The notes below the pieces were generated by a model. It was not told where the DNA came from and made no database searches. It saw only the letters and a list, made by a program, of their open reading frames with translations. A program made the position numbers and the translations under genes. 64,000 bases of DNA from Cycas panzhihuaensis (Eukaryota > Plantae > Cycadophyta): positions 127,913,741 through 127,977,740 of the forward strand of contig CM041465.1 of the NCBI GenBank assembly GCA_023213395.1, given 5' to 3'. Below, one piece after another: positions 39,163 to 53,435 of this stretch; positions within the stretch are counted from its first letter, which is position 1; each line of letters opens with the position of its first letter.

Positions 39163-40782
39163 AATTGATTAAAAGTAATTTAATATTTATATAAAATGTC
39201 TTTTAAAGATATGCATTCTATAAATATATTTTTAAGCACAAAGACATAGGATGTACATGAGAGTACCTCAAATATGAGGACCCTAGAATATGTAATAATT
39301 ACAATGATAAGTATAGATGAGGCCTAATTTAGGGCTCATCAATAATAAATATACAAAAAAGAATTTATCAACATAGTTTTCAAAAAAAGGGCTCAGAAGA
39401 ATCTAGTTTCTATGGTAATTTTCAAGATGTCCAGTTTATCAATCAAACCATACCTCAATATATAGATCTTTAATGAGATAAACCTACATGTTCCTTGAAT
39501 AAATTTCTATATCTTATCAATAAATTATTCAATTCCCCTTGCTACTACTCTATTTTGATGATAAGGATAAAGGATCCTTTTTCAACATTCTTGTCTTCAT
39601 CCATTAGCTTTATTACTAATAAAACTTTTATGTCATTTACATCAAGTGATTGGCTCATTTTATAGATATGAGTGACATTGATGTAAGTGTTTTTAACTAT
39701 TAATTAAGTAGGTATTACAGTATTTAATAAGTATATACTAGTTCAATCTCCTTCAATAAATACCATCGCTATCCTAAAGGCATGGATTTCCACATATAGG
39801 TCACAAATATGCAGTGGAATTATAATATAATCTCTTTCATTAATGTATAAGGATAAGATTGCGAACTTGAATTAACACTATCTATAATGGTTCTGACATC
39901 CATTATTTATAGTTTCATAAGGATATAAAATAAAATGCCAAAGAAATAAAAAGGAAGCCAAACAAAAGCCAAGTAATTAAGCTATTCCTTAATGATGAAT
40001 GTGGATTTGGTAATTGATAATCAATTAACCTTTGCACAAAGAAAGAAGTATTATTTATGAAAAGAGAGGGCATAATCCTTTGTGTTTACCTCTATTAAAC
40101 CCCATGCCATTATCATTAACTATAATGCTAATGCACTAATTTATCATTATGTAGACTATTAATTTTTGTGTTCTCTTAGACATAGTGCTATACCTATATG
40201 ATGCTACTAAAACTAACCTTCACTTTGTTGGGGTTAATGATCATCATCCTACTCCCACCTTTCACACATATGAGTGCACACCCCACTTCTACCTTTCACA
40301 CATGTGAAGGTAAGTCAGGTAAGGTTAAGTTGATTTAAGTTAAGTTGTTGAGTTATATAATAGTTTATTATTGTTTAAATTTTAGGGGTTGAGGAGTTTC
40401 CCTCCTCCCCCAAACTATATATTTGGAGGGGTGTGCAACCCTGGTGTCTTTAGACACTGCCTATATTAGAAATTTACTTTGTACTCACTCAAATATAGAT
40501 TGAATACAAAGGCTTATGTGTTTATACTATAATGTTTTGACTATATTATTATGCTCTGCTCTATCTTCATCATTGTATAATCCTTCATTTGGTATCAGAG
40601 CCTAGATTGTTGGCCTGTTGAAGTTTTTTTTTAAAAGAAAGAAGATTCATTAGCATTTGAAGCAGATATACTTACAACAAGCCAATATTAGTTATATTCA
40701 TTTTCTGTAAAGTTTATTAGCAATTTCTTGTATTATTGTTCATCAAAATCTGATTATTCTTGATTTATACTTATAAAATAAT

Positions 40783-41090
40783 AAATATTTTTCCAGATCT
40801 GTGTAGGAGAATAACTACAATCAGCAAATATTTAAGATTTCATCACTCTACGAAGTTTTTATTAACAAGTTTTATATATTTTATCAAATACTTGGCTATT
40901 TCTGGTGTATTTTATCTATTTATTCAATATTTTTTTAGATCTATGTAGAAGCATAGCTACAATGAGCAAATATTTAAAGATTTCATCACTCTACAAAGTT
41001 TTATAAAAAAGATCTACATATTTTGTTAAATATTTAACCATTTTTTAGTATATTTGGTCTATTTATTCAATATTTTTTCTCAAATCTATG
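40783..41090. repeat. ~143-bp tandem repeat (about 2.2 copies)
   Basis: agatct..ctacaat(c/g)agcaaatatttaa..gatttcatcactctac..tctatttattcaatat is repeated. Confidence 0.88.
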
Positions 41091-42034
41091 TAATATTTGG
41101 TGCATATTTAGCCTAACAAGTGTCTTAAAGAAATTATACTACACGTTTTATTGTCTATTCACTATTTTTTTTAGGTTTTGGCAAGCTACAACTAGTCTAT
41201 AACCATATTGGTTTGATTATTTATATTAAAATTTAAACTTTATATATTATAAAGTTTATTTGTTTAAATTCTTTTTATTTTATTTTTTATTTCACATTTT
41301 CTATTTTTGGGTGACTTAATACCCCTGGTTTAGCAAGCTTATACATCAGATCTAGCACTCGAAACCCTATCAAGTGACCACTCATTGTGATCCTTATTGA
41401 GCCAGCAAGCCAATGGAAGAAACAGTTCAAGTTTTCACTGATTATACAGTAAGATATTTTATCTGGATTGACTGCTACTCCTATTTATCTCCTATTCAGT
41501 CTGCAGGTTCATTCTCAGTGCATAGGCAATAGATCACTGTGAAATTTTACCAGTACCTAGCTGTCCAAGACACCTTGCTACTTGTCAAATCTTGCCTCAT
41601 TTCATGGCTTATACAGTGAGATCTAGCCTCCAAAGTAATTAGAACCTTAGTTTATCAGGTTTTTTCACCATTTTCTTACGTTTTTTTGAATTCTTTTTGT
41701 AAAATCTATATTATCCTACTGGGGCACCTCCTATGAGTATACTCAGCTCAGATCTGGAGTTTTAAAAGCTATTTTCATCTTTATTTTGTCTTCTATTTTC
41801 TCTGTCTGATCTCTTGTCATGCGCTTACCATCCATGATTATTTACATCGTATATATAATATATAATCATATTTTTTAATCCTTTTTCATCCTTATTTGCT
41901 GGAAGATCCATTGCCCCTCTCCCAGCGTGGAGATTTAGCTGATTTCTGCTATTTGTTTTTGAGATTCTAACTACCTGCGTGATCAAATTCTATCAGTCAC
42001 CAATCTATTTTTTGTTTTTTCTCTTTTCAACGCT

Positions 42035-42036
<2 letters not shown>

Positions 42037-42116
<80 letters not shown>
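42037..42116. repeat. Compound (TA)n(GATA)n microsatellite
   Basis: Directly visible. Confidence 0.98.
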
Positions 42117-44135
42117 TTTCTCAAATCTGGTACTAAAAGTTTGAAATCTAGGGTTTAAATAGGTATTAGAACCCTTAGACTCTAGCCCCCCATTGTATGT
42201 TCCCTCCACATAACCATTAGCTCATTGTTAAAGGGGCTTTTCAATTTTATAAAATTTTTTCTTTTTCTTTTTTTAAAATTTTCATTAAAACATAGGGTAC
42301 CTGGCTAATTTTTACCATATCTCTTGATTGGGGTATCGATTTCTAACAAAACCTATCTTGTTGAGTCTGGAATTTTTTGAGGTATAATTTTGACTAGTTA
42401 TTTACCATATTTGGAGCTTATTTGACCTACTTTCAATCAGTTTAAATTCAATCATTTATTTTCAAAGCCTTTTAAAATTATTTTCCTAAAATCCCTTCTT
42501 TATCAGGTTATACTTTATCACCGAAAGATTATTTTTTATATAGATATACTCTGCAATAATCTATTTTTAGCAAACTTCATCACCATTTACTCATTTTATT
42601 TTTTAGAATTTGTTTTAATCATTATTTTAATCAGTGAAAGTGACATTTTAGTGTTTTTAAACATATTTACATAAAAAGTATTACTTATAATTTCAGTTGT
42701 ATCTCCTCAACCAAAAATTAGATTTCTAAACCATAAGATTCGTTGGAATCTTAATTTAGAGCACTACTATTTGAAGGTATCTTTTGCTTGATTTGACTCA
42801 TTATCTTATAAGTATGAGCAGGTCAAAGTTGACCTTAGTTTTGCTCCCTATTTTATTAACCTTAGCATGAGACTTTTTACAATTTCTTTAATATCTTGAG
42901 CTGCATAGCTTAGAATTGAGTACCGTCTAATTCTAGTGAAATAATTTTTTGATATCTACAGTTTTAAGTTATTTTTATTTTATTTTGAGTCTATTTTGTA
43001 GGTGATCCAATCCATCAAAGTTAAGGTATATAATAGCTTCTAATTTATCATTATTGCATATTTTTATATATTATTTCTCAAGTTTTTAACTAAAAATATA
43101 TTAAGAATCTCTATAAACTATAATTAATCATTTTATAATATTTTATTAGTTTTTTACTATCATTTTCATAATATTTTGAGCCCCAGGCTCCCGTTAAGCC
43201 TAAAAAAGAGGACTACATCTTTTGTACATTAAAATCTTGACTTGTAGGAATCTATTTTCAAAACAGTCAGTTCTGTTGATTAGATATTTCATTGATCTTC
43301 GAGTTAATATAATTTCACCTTATTTTGACATTGTTTAGTATAACTTTGAAGCTATTCAACTTGAGCATTCAAGATATCTAAACAGGCTTATCTTTTAAAC
43401 CTTTTTTTAAGGAGTACTTTATTTTATTTCTTATTGATCACTTATAATACATGTTTGAGGTTTTTATTTGACTTTCATATAACTTCTGTTAAGCTGATTT
43501 CTAGTAGAAATTAATCATAAAGCAAGTCACAAGCCAAGTGGTTTTGTAACATAAAATGAGTATTATTCATTTTATTTTAATTTTTTCTTTTATATTTTTA
43601 AAGTGAAAATATACTTATATTTTTCAGATTTTTAGCATTATATATCTTCATCAAGGTAAAAAAATTTCTTGTATTGAAAAAGAAAGTCATTCTTTGCTCA
43701 AGTTAAGTGCTTATTTGTTTGAAAAACAAAAAAGCTTAGAATTTTTCTATTATTTTTTATCAAAATTTTATTTCAGATTTGTATAGTTAAAGGATCTTAG
43801 TTACATTCAAAATTTACTCATATATTCATTATATTTTAAAGTTTATCTAGACTTATACCATATAAGATTGTTAATTATTCTAAATGCATACACTTATTGA
43901 AAGAATTTTTTCAAATATTGAAAAGATCATTTACTTATTACACTTATAAAAGTTGCATCTAGTGGTAATACGATTTCCTTTCAAGGGCATTGCATTTTTT
44001 TAAAAGTGATTACTTGCATATTTCTTTCAAAGAGTATATTTGAAGTTATATATTTTAAGTTTATTGATTTATTGAGTTTTTTCACAAAAAATTCACTTGT
44101 AAACCATTTTTTTATGTACTAAATTTTTTTATAAA

Positions 44136-44850
44136 ATGACAATTAATTTAAATAAAATACAATTCCCTATATTTGATGGCCATAATTTTTCACAATGACA
44201 TAAAACAATGCAAAATTATTTCATTAGAAATAATCTTTAGAGTTACTTAAAAGATGAATATGATCTTAATATTAAAGAAAACATTAAAAAAGATAATGAA
44301 GCCTTATCTATACTATTTTGCACTATAGATGATAATGTTTTTTCTAAAGTTTATGAAACGATAACTTCCAAATCAGTATGAGACACCTTGGATTCTATTT
44401 ATGGGGGAGAAACCATCAATATAAATGTATTTAACTTTGATATTATTGAGCATGTGAGACATATACTAGAGTAGGTTGATTGTGATGGAAAGACTAAGGA
44501 AGATAATTTAGGTCAAATTCATGACCACCTTGTTACACGAGAAGTTGATCTTCTATTTGAGGGGGAGAAATCTTATGATAGGATAGCTACTTATAACATA
44601 AAGATTTTAGAAGACAAAGTTAAAGTTCCAAGAGATAAAGTTAGAGTTGCAACCATTCACCTTCATTTAATTCAAGCTACATTTACTTGGATATTTTTTG
44701 AACTACTTAATGATAAAGAGACACACTTTGCTAAAAGGAATTAGCGAGTTAATAATGATCAAGCTAAAAGATAAAGTTTTAAAGCTTTTTTCAAGTTCAA
44801 GTTTCACAAGTTTAAAGAGAAGATAAAGTTATTTGTGATGGCCATTAAGG
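44136..44850 (+). pseudogene. gag: Copia-type gag N-terminal remnant
   Basis: MTINLNKIQFPIFDGHNFSQ*HKTMQNYFIRNNL*SYL..KKDNEALSILFCTIDDNVFSKV..SKSV*DTLDSIY; conserved Trp codons are mutated to stops. Confidence 0.8.
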
Positions 44851-47800
44851 GGGAGAATGTTAGGGTTAATGATCATCACCCCACTCCTTCCTTTCACACA
44901 TGTGAGTGCACACCCCACTCCCACCTTTTACACATGTGAGAGCACACATGTGAAGGTAATTCAGGTAAAGTTAAGTTGATTTGAGTTAAGTTGTTGAGTT
45001 ATGTAATATTTTATTGTTGTTTAAATTTTATGGGTTGAGGAGTTTCCGTCCTCCTCCAAACTATATATTTGGAGGGGTGTGCAACCCTGGTATCTTTAGA
45101 CACTACCTATATTAGAAATTTACTATGTACTCACTCAAATATGGATTGAATATAAAGGCTTTGTGTTTATACTTCAATGTTTTGACTATGTGATTATGCT
45201 CTGCTTTATCTCCATCATTGTATAATCCTTCAAACTTGACTAGTCTCAATTATATGCTTTATCATTATGAAACATATTATATTCCCTTCACCTTTAAGAG
45301 ATTGTTGTTATCAATCATTAATAGAAAGGTAGAAGATGCATATTATCACCCCCTATTACTACTAGGATGTGCAAGGTTAATTCTTCATTCTTGTAGCAAA
45401 ATATAGAAACTATTGCTATACCTACCAATAGAGGAGATTGATACCACTTGTACACTAGCATATTTCTTACCTTAAGAATTTTACTTTGATATTACATCAA
45501 CATACAATAGTTATACTAAATAATATGGTCTTATAAGGGAGAAGGATCCATATTGTCATGGAAAATTTTGTCCTGATTCTCACATTTATTCTAAAGAGGA
45601 CCTTTGGTAGTAACATAGGATGCTGGTAGTAAAGTACAAGCTTCAAGGGCTTCAATAATAATGAATATAAAAGGAGATATGGTTGTATTTATTTCCTCTT
45701 CTAAGGGATCCTCTATGATGTAAAGATAATTAATAGGATGTTCTACTTCTTGTTTAGCCTTCACTTTCTTTTGTATTACTTTGAATAGAAATTTCATCTT
45801 CAATATGTTGTTAAAGTTAGAATGAAGTCATCCTAATGTGCCATATTATATATAGAGTGCTAAGATTATGCCCACTACATTAGGCTATATTCCAAATGCA
45901 TATGAACCTCTATGATCTTGTCATACTTATTCTTTAATTTGACTTCTTAGAAAAATACTAGCAGGGTTACATTCTAGTCATTAAAATTGATAAAACCTAG
46001 AATGTTAAAGCAATTTTTTTATCATGATTTTTTCTTTCTTCTTCTTTTTTTTGGTTTAACAAAATAAAATAATTACTATGATTGAAAGATCAATGGCTTA
46101 CTATCTAATATTTAAAGAACCTCAAAATTAAGCTTAATAATTTTGAAAATATAATATTAATCATACTAGTATTTTAAGGCCTAATTTTAAACTTGAAAAT
46201 TAAGTATAAAATAGATATAAAAGGGATTATATAATAGATTAAAACTTAATAGAATATAGATTCCAATGGTTTAGACATATTTAAATTATGAGACCATATG
46301 AAAGAGTTATGGAAAAAAATATATAAGTATGTATTAAAGATTTAAGATGGCTTTTTAAAGTAGGTTCTAACCACTTCTCAAAGTAAACCTATTCATGTTA
46401 TGTTATGAATGTGACTACTTGCTAATTGTTTGGAGGACTAAATGGACTTTAGAAACTTATATAATTGAATATAATTAATCTAACATTAGAAAAAAAAAAT
46501 CTCCAAAAAATTTGTTCATATTCTAGTGTAAATTTTTTTATAGTAGTGGTAATGATTTTGGTGCAATTAAGGGAAACTTTGAAGCAAAATGAGTAATCAA
46601 ATAACTATTCTAATAAGATAAGTATCTACAATTAGACTAACACTATGCATTAGGGCTTAGCAAAGCTTACAAAATATAATGAAAGTATCACCAAAGCTTC
46701 TAGATGATGCACAAGCTACTAGAATTATGGAGAGGACTGTAGATATCATACAACTTGCTAAAGAGTGTGTGAGGGGCCATGGGATGATAAATCTATCCAT
46801 AGATTTATTAGGAGGATTGTGAATATATGTTCAGTAGAAAAACCTTTAGAAGATGATCACCCAAACCATGGTTGAACCTTAATAACATTATTGTAGCTCG
46901 TTGTGTTAAAATTCTTTCCTATTCTAAACCACATAGAGAATAGATGGCCATAATAGAATTGTCAATACTATAGGTGGTAAAAATAGATTAAAAGGTTGCA
47001 TTAAGATAAGAATAAGATAATGGATAGGTTGTACCCTCCTCTTAGAGATGCCAAAGATTTCTAAATTCAATGTTGAGGGAAACATGGGCTCCCTAAAATA
47101 TGTTTAGTACTTACAACAAGTGAGAAACCACAATGGATTTTTTGGAGAGTTGTTGATGATGAGAAGTTGAAGCATAAAGGACATATTCAAGCTAAGATCA
47201 CAAAAACTAATACCACTTGTAATGGTTCTTTTATATGTTACTTATAGTTCTATAAGGATATGAAATAAAAAGCCAAACGAAGAGAAATGAAATCAAAGCA
47301 AAGCTAAGCAATTAAGTTATTCTACAATAAAGGATATGAATTTGGCAATTGATGATCAATTAACCTTTACATAAAGAAGGAGGAATTACTTATGCAAACA
47401 GAGAGTATAACATTTTATATTTGCCTTTAATAAATATTATGCCACTATTATTAACCCTAGTGCTAATGCACTTATTAATCGTTGAGTTGATTATTAATCT
47501 TTGTGCACTTTTAAACATATTGCTATACACACACGATGATATTGCAACCTTAATCTAACTAATTTCACTTATTTACTATATATACGTGAGACGTACTTCA
47601 ATAATATTATTGGTTCATATTTTTAGCATCTTAATATTTTATGATGTCATCACTTAAAACATTTTTATCTCAAGCACAAACATTAATAACTATAGATAAT
47701 GCATATGATTACATAAGTAATAAATATGCCATCCCTAATTTAGATCTATCTTTCCAATTTTGGGCTTCTTACCCTTAATTATAAATGATTTCTCTATTAT

Positions 47801-48897
47801 TTATTAAATGTATATAAATTGCTTATAATTTACTTTTTGATAGATTTGATTTCCTATATTTTCTTGTCATTTTACATTACGTTGTATTTTGACTAACCAT
47901 TTGCTTCTCTATATTGCATCCTGACTCATCAATGATGATGGAAATGTGATTCGTTCATCTATAATAACTCATGTTATAGAGGCACAACTTTGGAGGCTAA
48001 GTGAACACTCGTTACAGTTACTATGATACATTTAATTTGAAAAGTTTTAATGTTTCTTTATAAATAAGAACAACTCACTAAATTGATCTGAGAAATAGGT
48101 TGGTAAATGATTAAGCCCAATTAAGTATTTAGAGTTTTTGGAATTCATTTCCACTTTAATGTGTCATATAAATCCAAAGAGATGTGAAATTGAATCTTAG
48201 TAAAAATAACAAAAGACACTCTATGTAAAACATGCAAAATCTCTTTGTAGCTAGCACATTGTAAACTACCACTAATGTCTAAATGGGATGCTATGCCTAT
48301 TATTCATTACTATAAAACATTTTAAATGCCTTATATGTATCCCTAATTAAGCTATTTAGGAATTACTTGTGGGCTACCCTTTATGAAGAAAAGGATGGTA
48401 AGAGTGACTTGGATTACGTGTTGTCTTCCCAAAAGAGAGGGGAGGTGGAAGGGATATGTTGTAGGTCATTGATCTCAAAACTCAATACAAATGAATAACC
48501 AAATTATTCATGGGAAATCACTCATATCCCACTACCATGGTTGGATGTTCTTGAACACATTATCAAACACATTAAAAGGGAAAAATTATTTTTTTACCAG
48601 CTCTTAAAAATCTATATCATCCTCATTAAGAGACTTTTTGGTTACTAGTAGTGTCTCCTTTAAGCAAAGATTAAAAGAATTTAGCATATTTGGAAGAACC
48701 ACATGATGCTAGGTATCACACTAATTTGTGGTAATAAGAAATGAACCATCATATCCATTTATTAGTTGTGTGATATTAACAAATAATGATTTATTTATTG
48801 TTAGCAAATGGGAAGAATAGAATCCTTTATATATGGCATGTTAGCATAAGGACAACAACTATGTTATATAAGTTTAACGTTAAAATGGTTAAGAATT

Positions 48898-51800
48898 ATG
48901 GAAGAATAACTCGATAGCATAAACTCTAACCTAGCAGTATTAGCCTGACTAGAGAAACAATCTAGAAGAAACTAGACTGAAGAAATGGAAGAAGATAGTG
49001 AAGAAATAGAGGAAGAAGTAGAAATAACTACTTCAAAGGGCAAAAAGAAAGTAAAAGATATCCCTGAACTAATTATAGAAATAAAAATTAGAGGAAATGA
49101 AAAAAGTGAAATATCATTTCTAGAAATCAAATTGCCCAGTAGAGAGCAAGCAAAAGTCTTATTTTCTTCACTAATCTAGCCTAGAAATATAAATAATTTT
49201 CATAGTTGTAAAGTTAATTTTCAAAAAAGAGAAAGCTCTACTCCAAAGGTCAAACAAAGTCTTTTTCTAGTTATTGATTTTGGATTTATTCTTGACCTAG
49301 ATAATACTATTGATAGAGAAGCTGCCATAAGTGCATGGATTGGAAGACTAGAAATAATGCAAGCTAAGTAGAGATGGAGTAATTCAACTATGTTTGAAGT
49401 TGCATACCAACAATTATCTGGTATAGTATTATATTGGTAGAATTTAAGTAAGGTTGATGATAGAAAAAATGTCATAAGTGTCAGTTTGCATACTTTACTT
49501 CAATTAATGCTCATATAGTTCTATTCAGAAAGGTCATTATAGAAAGAAAACTAGTGAATGGAATTGGTAAAAATAAAACTTAATGATTGGAGAGCTTTTG
49601 ATTCTTACTATAAGGAGTATTGTAAAAATGTGTAAAAATTATTGTTATATCATGATCATCAAACGAAAATAATTTTTTTGATGAGTTTCCCTAATAATGT
49701 AGGTAATCTAATTATTACTGATTTGCATAAAGTAGGAGATGGCATTAAAACAAAATATTTTACAAATATTTATAAGCTCTATTAGAACAAAATGAAGGAA
49801 CTATGTTAGATAAAACCTAGAGCAAAATCATCAACCCCAAATAAAGTCATATGTCAATAGATTACACCTTAGACACAACAATAAAGGCAAAAAATAAGAA
49901 AAAAAATTAGGAGATATATTATTCAAAGGGATAAAAAGCCTTTTAAGCCCATTCATTAGAAAATGGATTTGAAGAAAAGAAATGCTACTAAGATAAGAGC
50001 TCCATGAGCATGCTATATATATAGCTAATAAAGACATTGGGAAAATACCTATTTAACTAAAGCCTCTCATAGAGTAAAGAAATTATTTAAAGACCCTAAA
50101 GCAACAATAGAATAGGAAATTCAATGGAGTGACCTAGATGAAGATTTAGAACTTTATGTCATCGAAGAATCTGAAGGCAAAGATGAAATTCCATAAGGCA
50201 CTCTCAAAATGATGCAGCTAAATCCTATTTATGATGATTCAAAAGAAGAAGAAAAAGAAAAAGAAAGTTACACTTCCTTTATTGAAGAAAATACTTCAAA
50301 TAAAACTTCTGATATAGAAAACATAAGATTTGAAAATACTTTAACTAATCAAACTCTATTTGTAAATCCTTTTAGTTCTCTTTGTCCATCTGACAAGTTT
50401 AACTTCTCTAATTTTGTTTTACCCTCTTCTAATGAAGTCCAAATTCTAAATAAAACTATTAATGTCATAAATTCCTTATATATAGAAACTGAGATCTACA
50501 TTTCTAATTCTTAGTATATAATCCATTATTTCATAGATACTAGATTTACTTTTAATATTGCATGCCTTGCCTTATTCTCATCCCTTTAGAGACAATGCCC
50601 TTTTTCTATTTCTTATACCACTTTTTCTGATTCCATCTCTCTTTCTCAATTTGCTCTAAACATTTTATTTCAAGTTAAGGGGGAAGAGTTTACTTTAACT
50701 TTACTTTCATTTAAAGATCCTTACACTTTAATCATTCTTTCTATGCCTAGATTGGATATATTTATGCTAGTAACAATCTTACTTTTTGCAGTAATCTCCA
50801 TTATAAAAAATAAGCAGGTACTAGTTAAAAGAGCAGAAGTTAATAAAACATTCCCAAAAAAGGAAGTAATGGTGAAACCCTTTAATTCTCTAACTATCTG
50901 GAGTGATATTTGTAAATTCTATACAAAGCCTCATTCTTATAAAGTCTTATCTATAGAAGAAGAATAATAGATATTTCATATAAAGGAGTAGCTATTGTAG
51001 CATTATTTTGAAGATCTGTAAAAGTTTTATAACAAAGATTCTCCAATAATGGAAATTCATACAACCTATAATTAAGGAGTTAAATCAAAGTCAATTCCTC
51101 ATTCTCCTATAGATCAACAAGAATTAAAGAAGCAAATCCAAGAATTATTAGAAGCTGAATTAATCAGACCAAGTGAAAATACATATAATTATGTAGTATT
51201 CTTGGTAAGGAATCATGTAGAGATAAAGAGAGGAAAAGCTTGTATAGTAATAAATTACAAACTTCTAAATGTAATCACAATTCCTTTTCGTTATCCACTA
51301 CCAAGGAAAGATATGATTTTATAAAAAATCAAAAATGCTAATATCTTTTTAAAGTTTGATTACAAAAGCGGATACTATTAGATCTAAATAAGAGAAAGAG
51401 ATAGAGACAAAACAACCTTCTCAGTACCAAAAGGTTTGTATGAATGGAATGTGGTACCTTTTGGTCTTTACAATACTCCAACTTACTTCTAGAGAAGAAT
51501 GAACTCAATTTTTGGTACACATGAATTCATTTGTGTATATATTAGTGACATTTTAATATTCAATAGTTCTTTTGAAAAACATGCACAACATTTAGGAATA
51601 TTCATAGAATTAATAAATATACATGAAATATGTCTATTAGAAAAAAAGACGATCATTTCCCAAGAAGAAATTAATTTTTAAAGTATCATTATTAAAAATG
51701 GGAATGTCCAATTACACTCTCATGTAGAATAGAAGCTAGTAGCTTATCCTAATGAGTTAAAAGATATAAAGCAAATGCAAAGGTTTCTTGGATGCTTAAA

Positions 51801-52330
51801 CTATATTAGGAAGCATATTCCATAATGGGAAAAAAAGATAGCTCTAATAAGAAAACACCTTTCAGATGGAAGTTAGTTAATCGAGGCAACTAAAGTAGTC
51901 AAGAGACTCAAAAGGGAAGCTCAAACTCTACCTAAATTACAGTTACCTAGATCAAGTAAGATTATTATCCAAATTGATGCTTCTAATGACTATTGGCTAA
52001 AATTATTGCTGAAACAAACAAATGAATCCTTAGTGCTTTGTGGATATGAATCTGGAGAGTTCTTAACATCTAAAAAGAATTATCATATTGGTGAAAGTTC
52101 TAGCAATAAAAAGAGGTATTAAAAGTTTTGAACTATTTCTAACCTCTCAAAGATTCATCATTCAAATTGAAAATAAAAATTTTAAATCATTCCTAAATAC
52201 CAATGTTGATAGAAGAATGGCAAGAGGAAGACCATTGAATTAGTAACTTTGGTTCATAGGCTTTGATTTTGATGTGGAATGGATTAAGGGTGACAATAAT
52301 TCTTTGGTATATGCCTTAATTAGAGAAGTA
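48898..52330 (+). pseudogene. Caulimovirid polyprotein pseudogene: coat protein - aspartic protease - RT - RNase H
   Basis: Acidic N-terminus; FILDLDNTIDREAAISAW; basic tract + decayed CCHC knuckle ~49980-50055; YFIDTR (DTG) ~50530; NHVEIKRGKACIVINYKLLN 51211-51270; FLKFDYKSGY; YEWNVVPFGL; VYISDILIF; IIQIDASNDYW; WIKGDNNSLV. Confidence 0.88.
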
Positions 52331-53160
52331 TGTTTAAAGATGACATGTTTACTTAAATATGATACATTGAAGATTGTATCCAAGAAATTACAAGGATGGA
52401 GATTTCAAAACTAGAGATCTTTTTTATTAGACATATTAGGGAACTACTTCAAAGAAATCAACCCACCTCTCTCTTTGCATATAAATAAATAAAGGTTAAT
52501 CACATTGTATATAAATCATTATAATTAGAATCATGAATGTAATATCCTTGTACATATGATCTTAGATTTAGATAGTTATGATATAATAATCTTTAATCAC
52601 TCATGTAATATGTATATTGTATCAGGCCATTGTCAAGCTTAGTTTAACCAAATAATGGATCTAGATGTAAATATTAAAATCTATTTTGGGTTAGAATTAG
52701 ATATTAGGAATGCAGGTGAAAACTTTCATATATTAATAGAGGAACAACTTCATGTTATCCACAAATTTAGCACCCAATAAAAAGAAGAAGATAAAAAATT
52801 TATGAGAGCATAACAAAAAAAGATCAAACGAGAAAGATAGAAGATGAGAATGGCTCCATGGTATTTCGAACAAGGTGAAAGTTCTCAAAGATGAAAGAAA
52901 AGAAGGAATATTATAAAACCCAAATTTATATACAATGAAAAACCTCCACCAATCTATGAATAGGTATCTAATAAAGAATGGGACTATATTTTATATCAAG
53001 AAGTATCTTTACCATTAGATTCCTAAAAAGACTCAATCTTAGGCTCAAATTTAGAATCAGAACCCACACTATCAAGAAGTAACAACTCTAATAGAAGTAA
53101 CAGTCTGATGGAACTCTCTATAGTTTGTGGATCACATTCTCCACCCTATTTTACGTGATT
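52330..53160 (+). pseudogene. Decayed ORF of unknown function downstream of the caulimovirid RNase H
   Basis: Purine-rich, coding-like reading; stops are compatible with CAA/CAG/CGA C>T changes; at least one frameshift. Includes LELDIRNAGENFHILIEEQLHVIHKF..MAPWYFEQGESSQR..EKPPPIYE..KEWDYILYQE. Confidence 0.5.
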
Positions 53161-53404
53161 AAATTTATAAAAGTGAGTAGACATTAGATTTTACTTATCT
53201 TTTAAGATTTATAAAAGTCTAAGACCATCACTCTTAATTTTATCTTTTCTAAAAAAGCAGACTCTTATTTATTTTATCTTTTATCAAAAGTAAAATGATG
53301 ATTTGAAAAGTATATTTTATTATAAAATGGATAGACACCTCTTGAATAAATATCTTCTACAATATTCAAGAAAGACCTCTACTCCTCTCAAAGATGCTTT
53401 TCTC

Positions 53405-53435
53405 TTCTATATAAGAACTTGCTCTCCATTGTAAA
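53405..53435 (+). promoter_or_regulatory. Putative pregenomic-RNA promoter TATA box of the caulimovirid
   Basis: ctatataag..ctccattgtaaa in the non-coding region after the last ORF, the position where caulimovirid promoters lie. Confidence 0.5.

Larger units (their letters stand above)
33920..39465. repeat. Large repeat block, copy A (homologous to 54100-59155)
   Basis: Collinear similarity over ~5 kb (roughly 80-85% by eye) with several indels. Confidence 0.95.
40226..45232 (+). mobile_element. Non-autonomous gag-only copia-derived LTR element (TR-GAG-like)
   Basis: LTRs 40226-40587 and 44858-45232. TSD cactt/aactt. Perfect PBS tggtatcagagc at 40590-40601. PPT aagggggagaa at 44847-44857. 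No RT or integrase. Confidence 0.92.
39883..47600 (-). mobile_element. Old non-autonomous LTR element (~380-bp LTRs, ~1.9-kb internal region), left LTR split by the 40226-45232 insertion
   Basis: 39883-40225 + 45238-45280 aligns with 47218-47600. PBS remnant ctaatacca at 47207-47215. Pyrimidine tract ttcccttc after 45280. No TSD recognised. Confidence 0.65.

Noticed and set aside
48834-48845. tggcatgttagc as the caulimovirid tRNA-Met primer site
   Set aside because: Only 8/12 matches to TGGTATCAGAGC, with several transversions; the position is suggestive but the evidence is insufficient.
48898-52330. Classification as a Ty3/gypsy pol
   Set aside because: RT and CP signatures are caulimovirid-specific, and no integrase, LTR pair or PPT follows RNase H.
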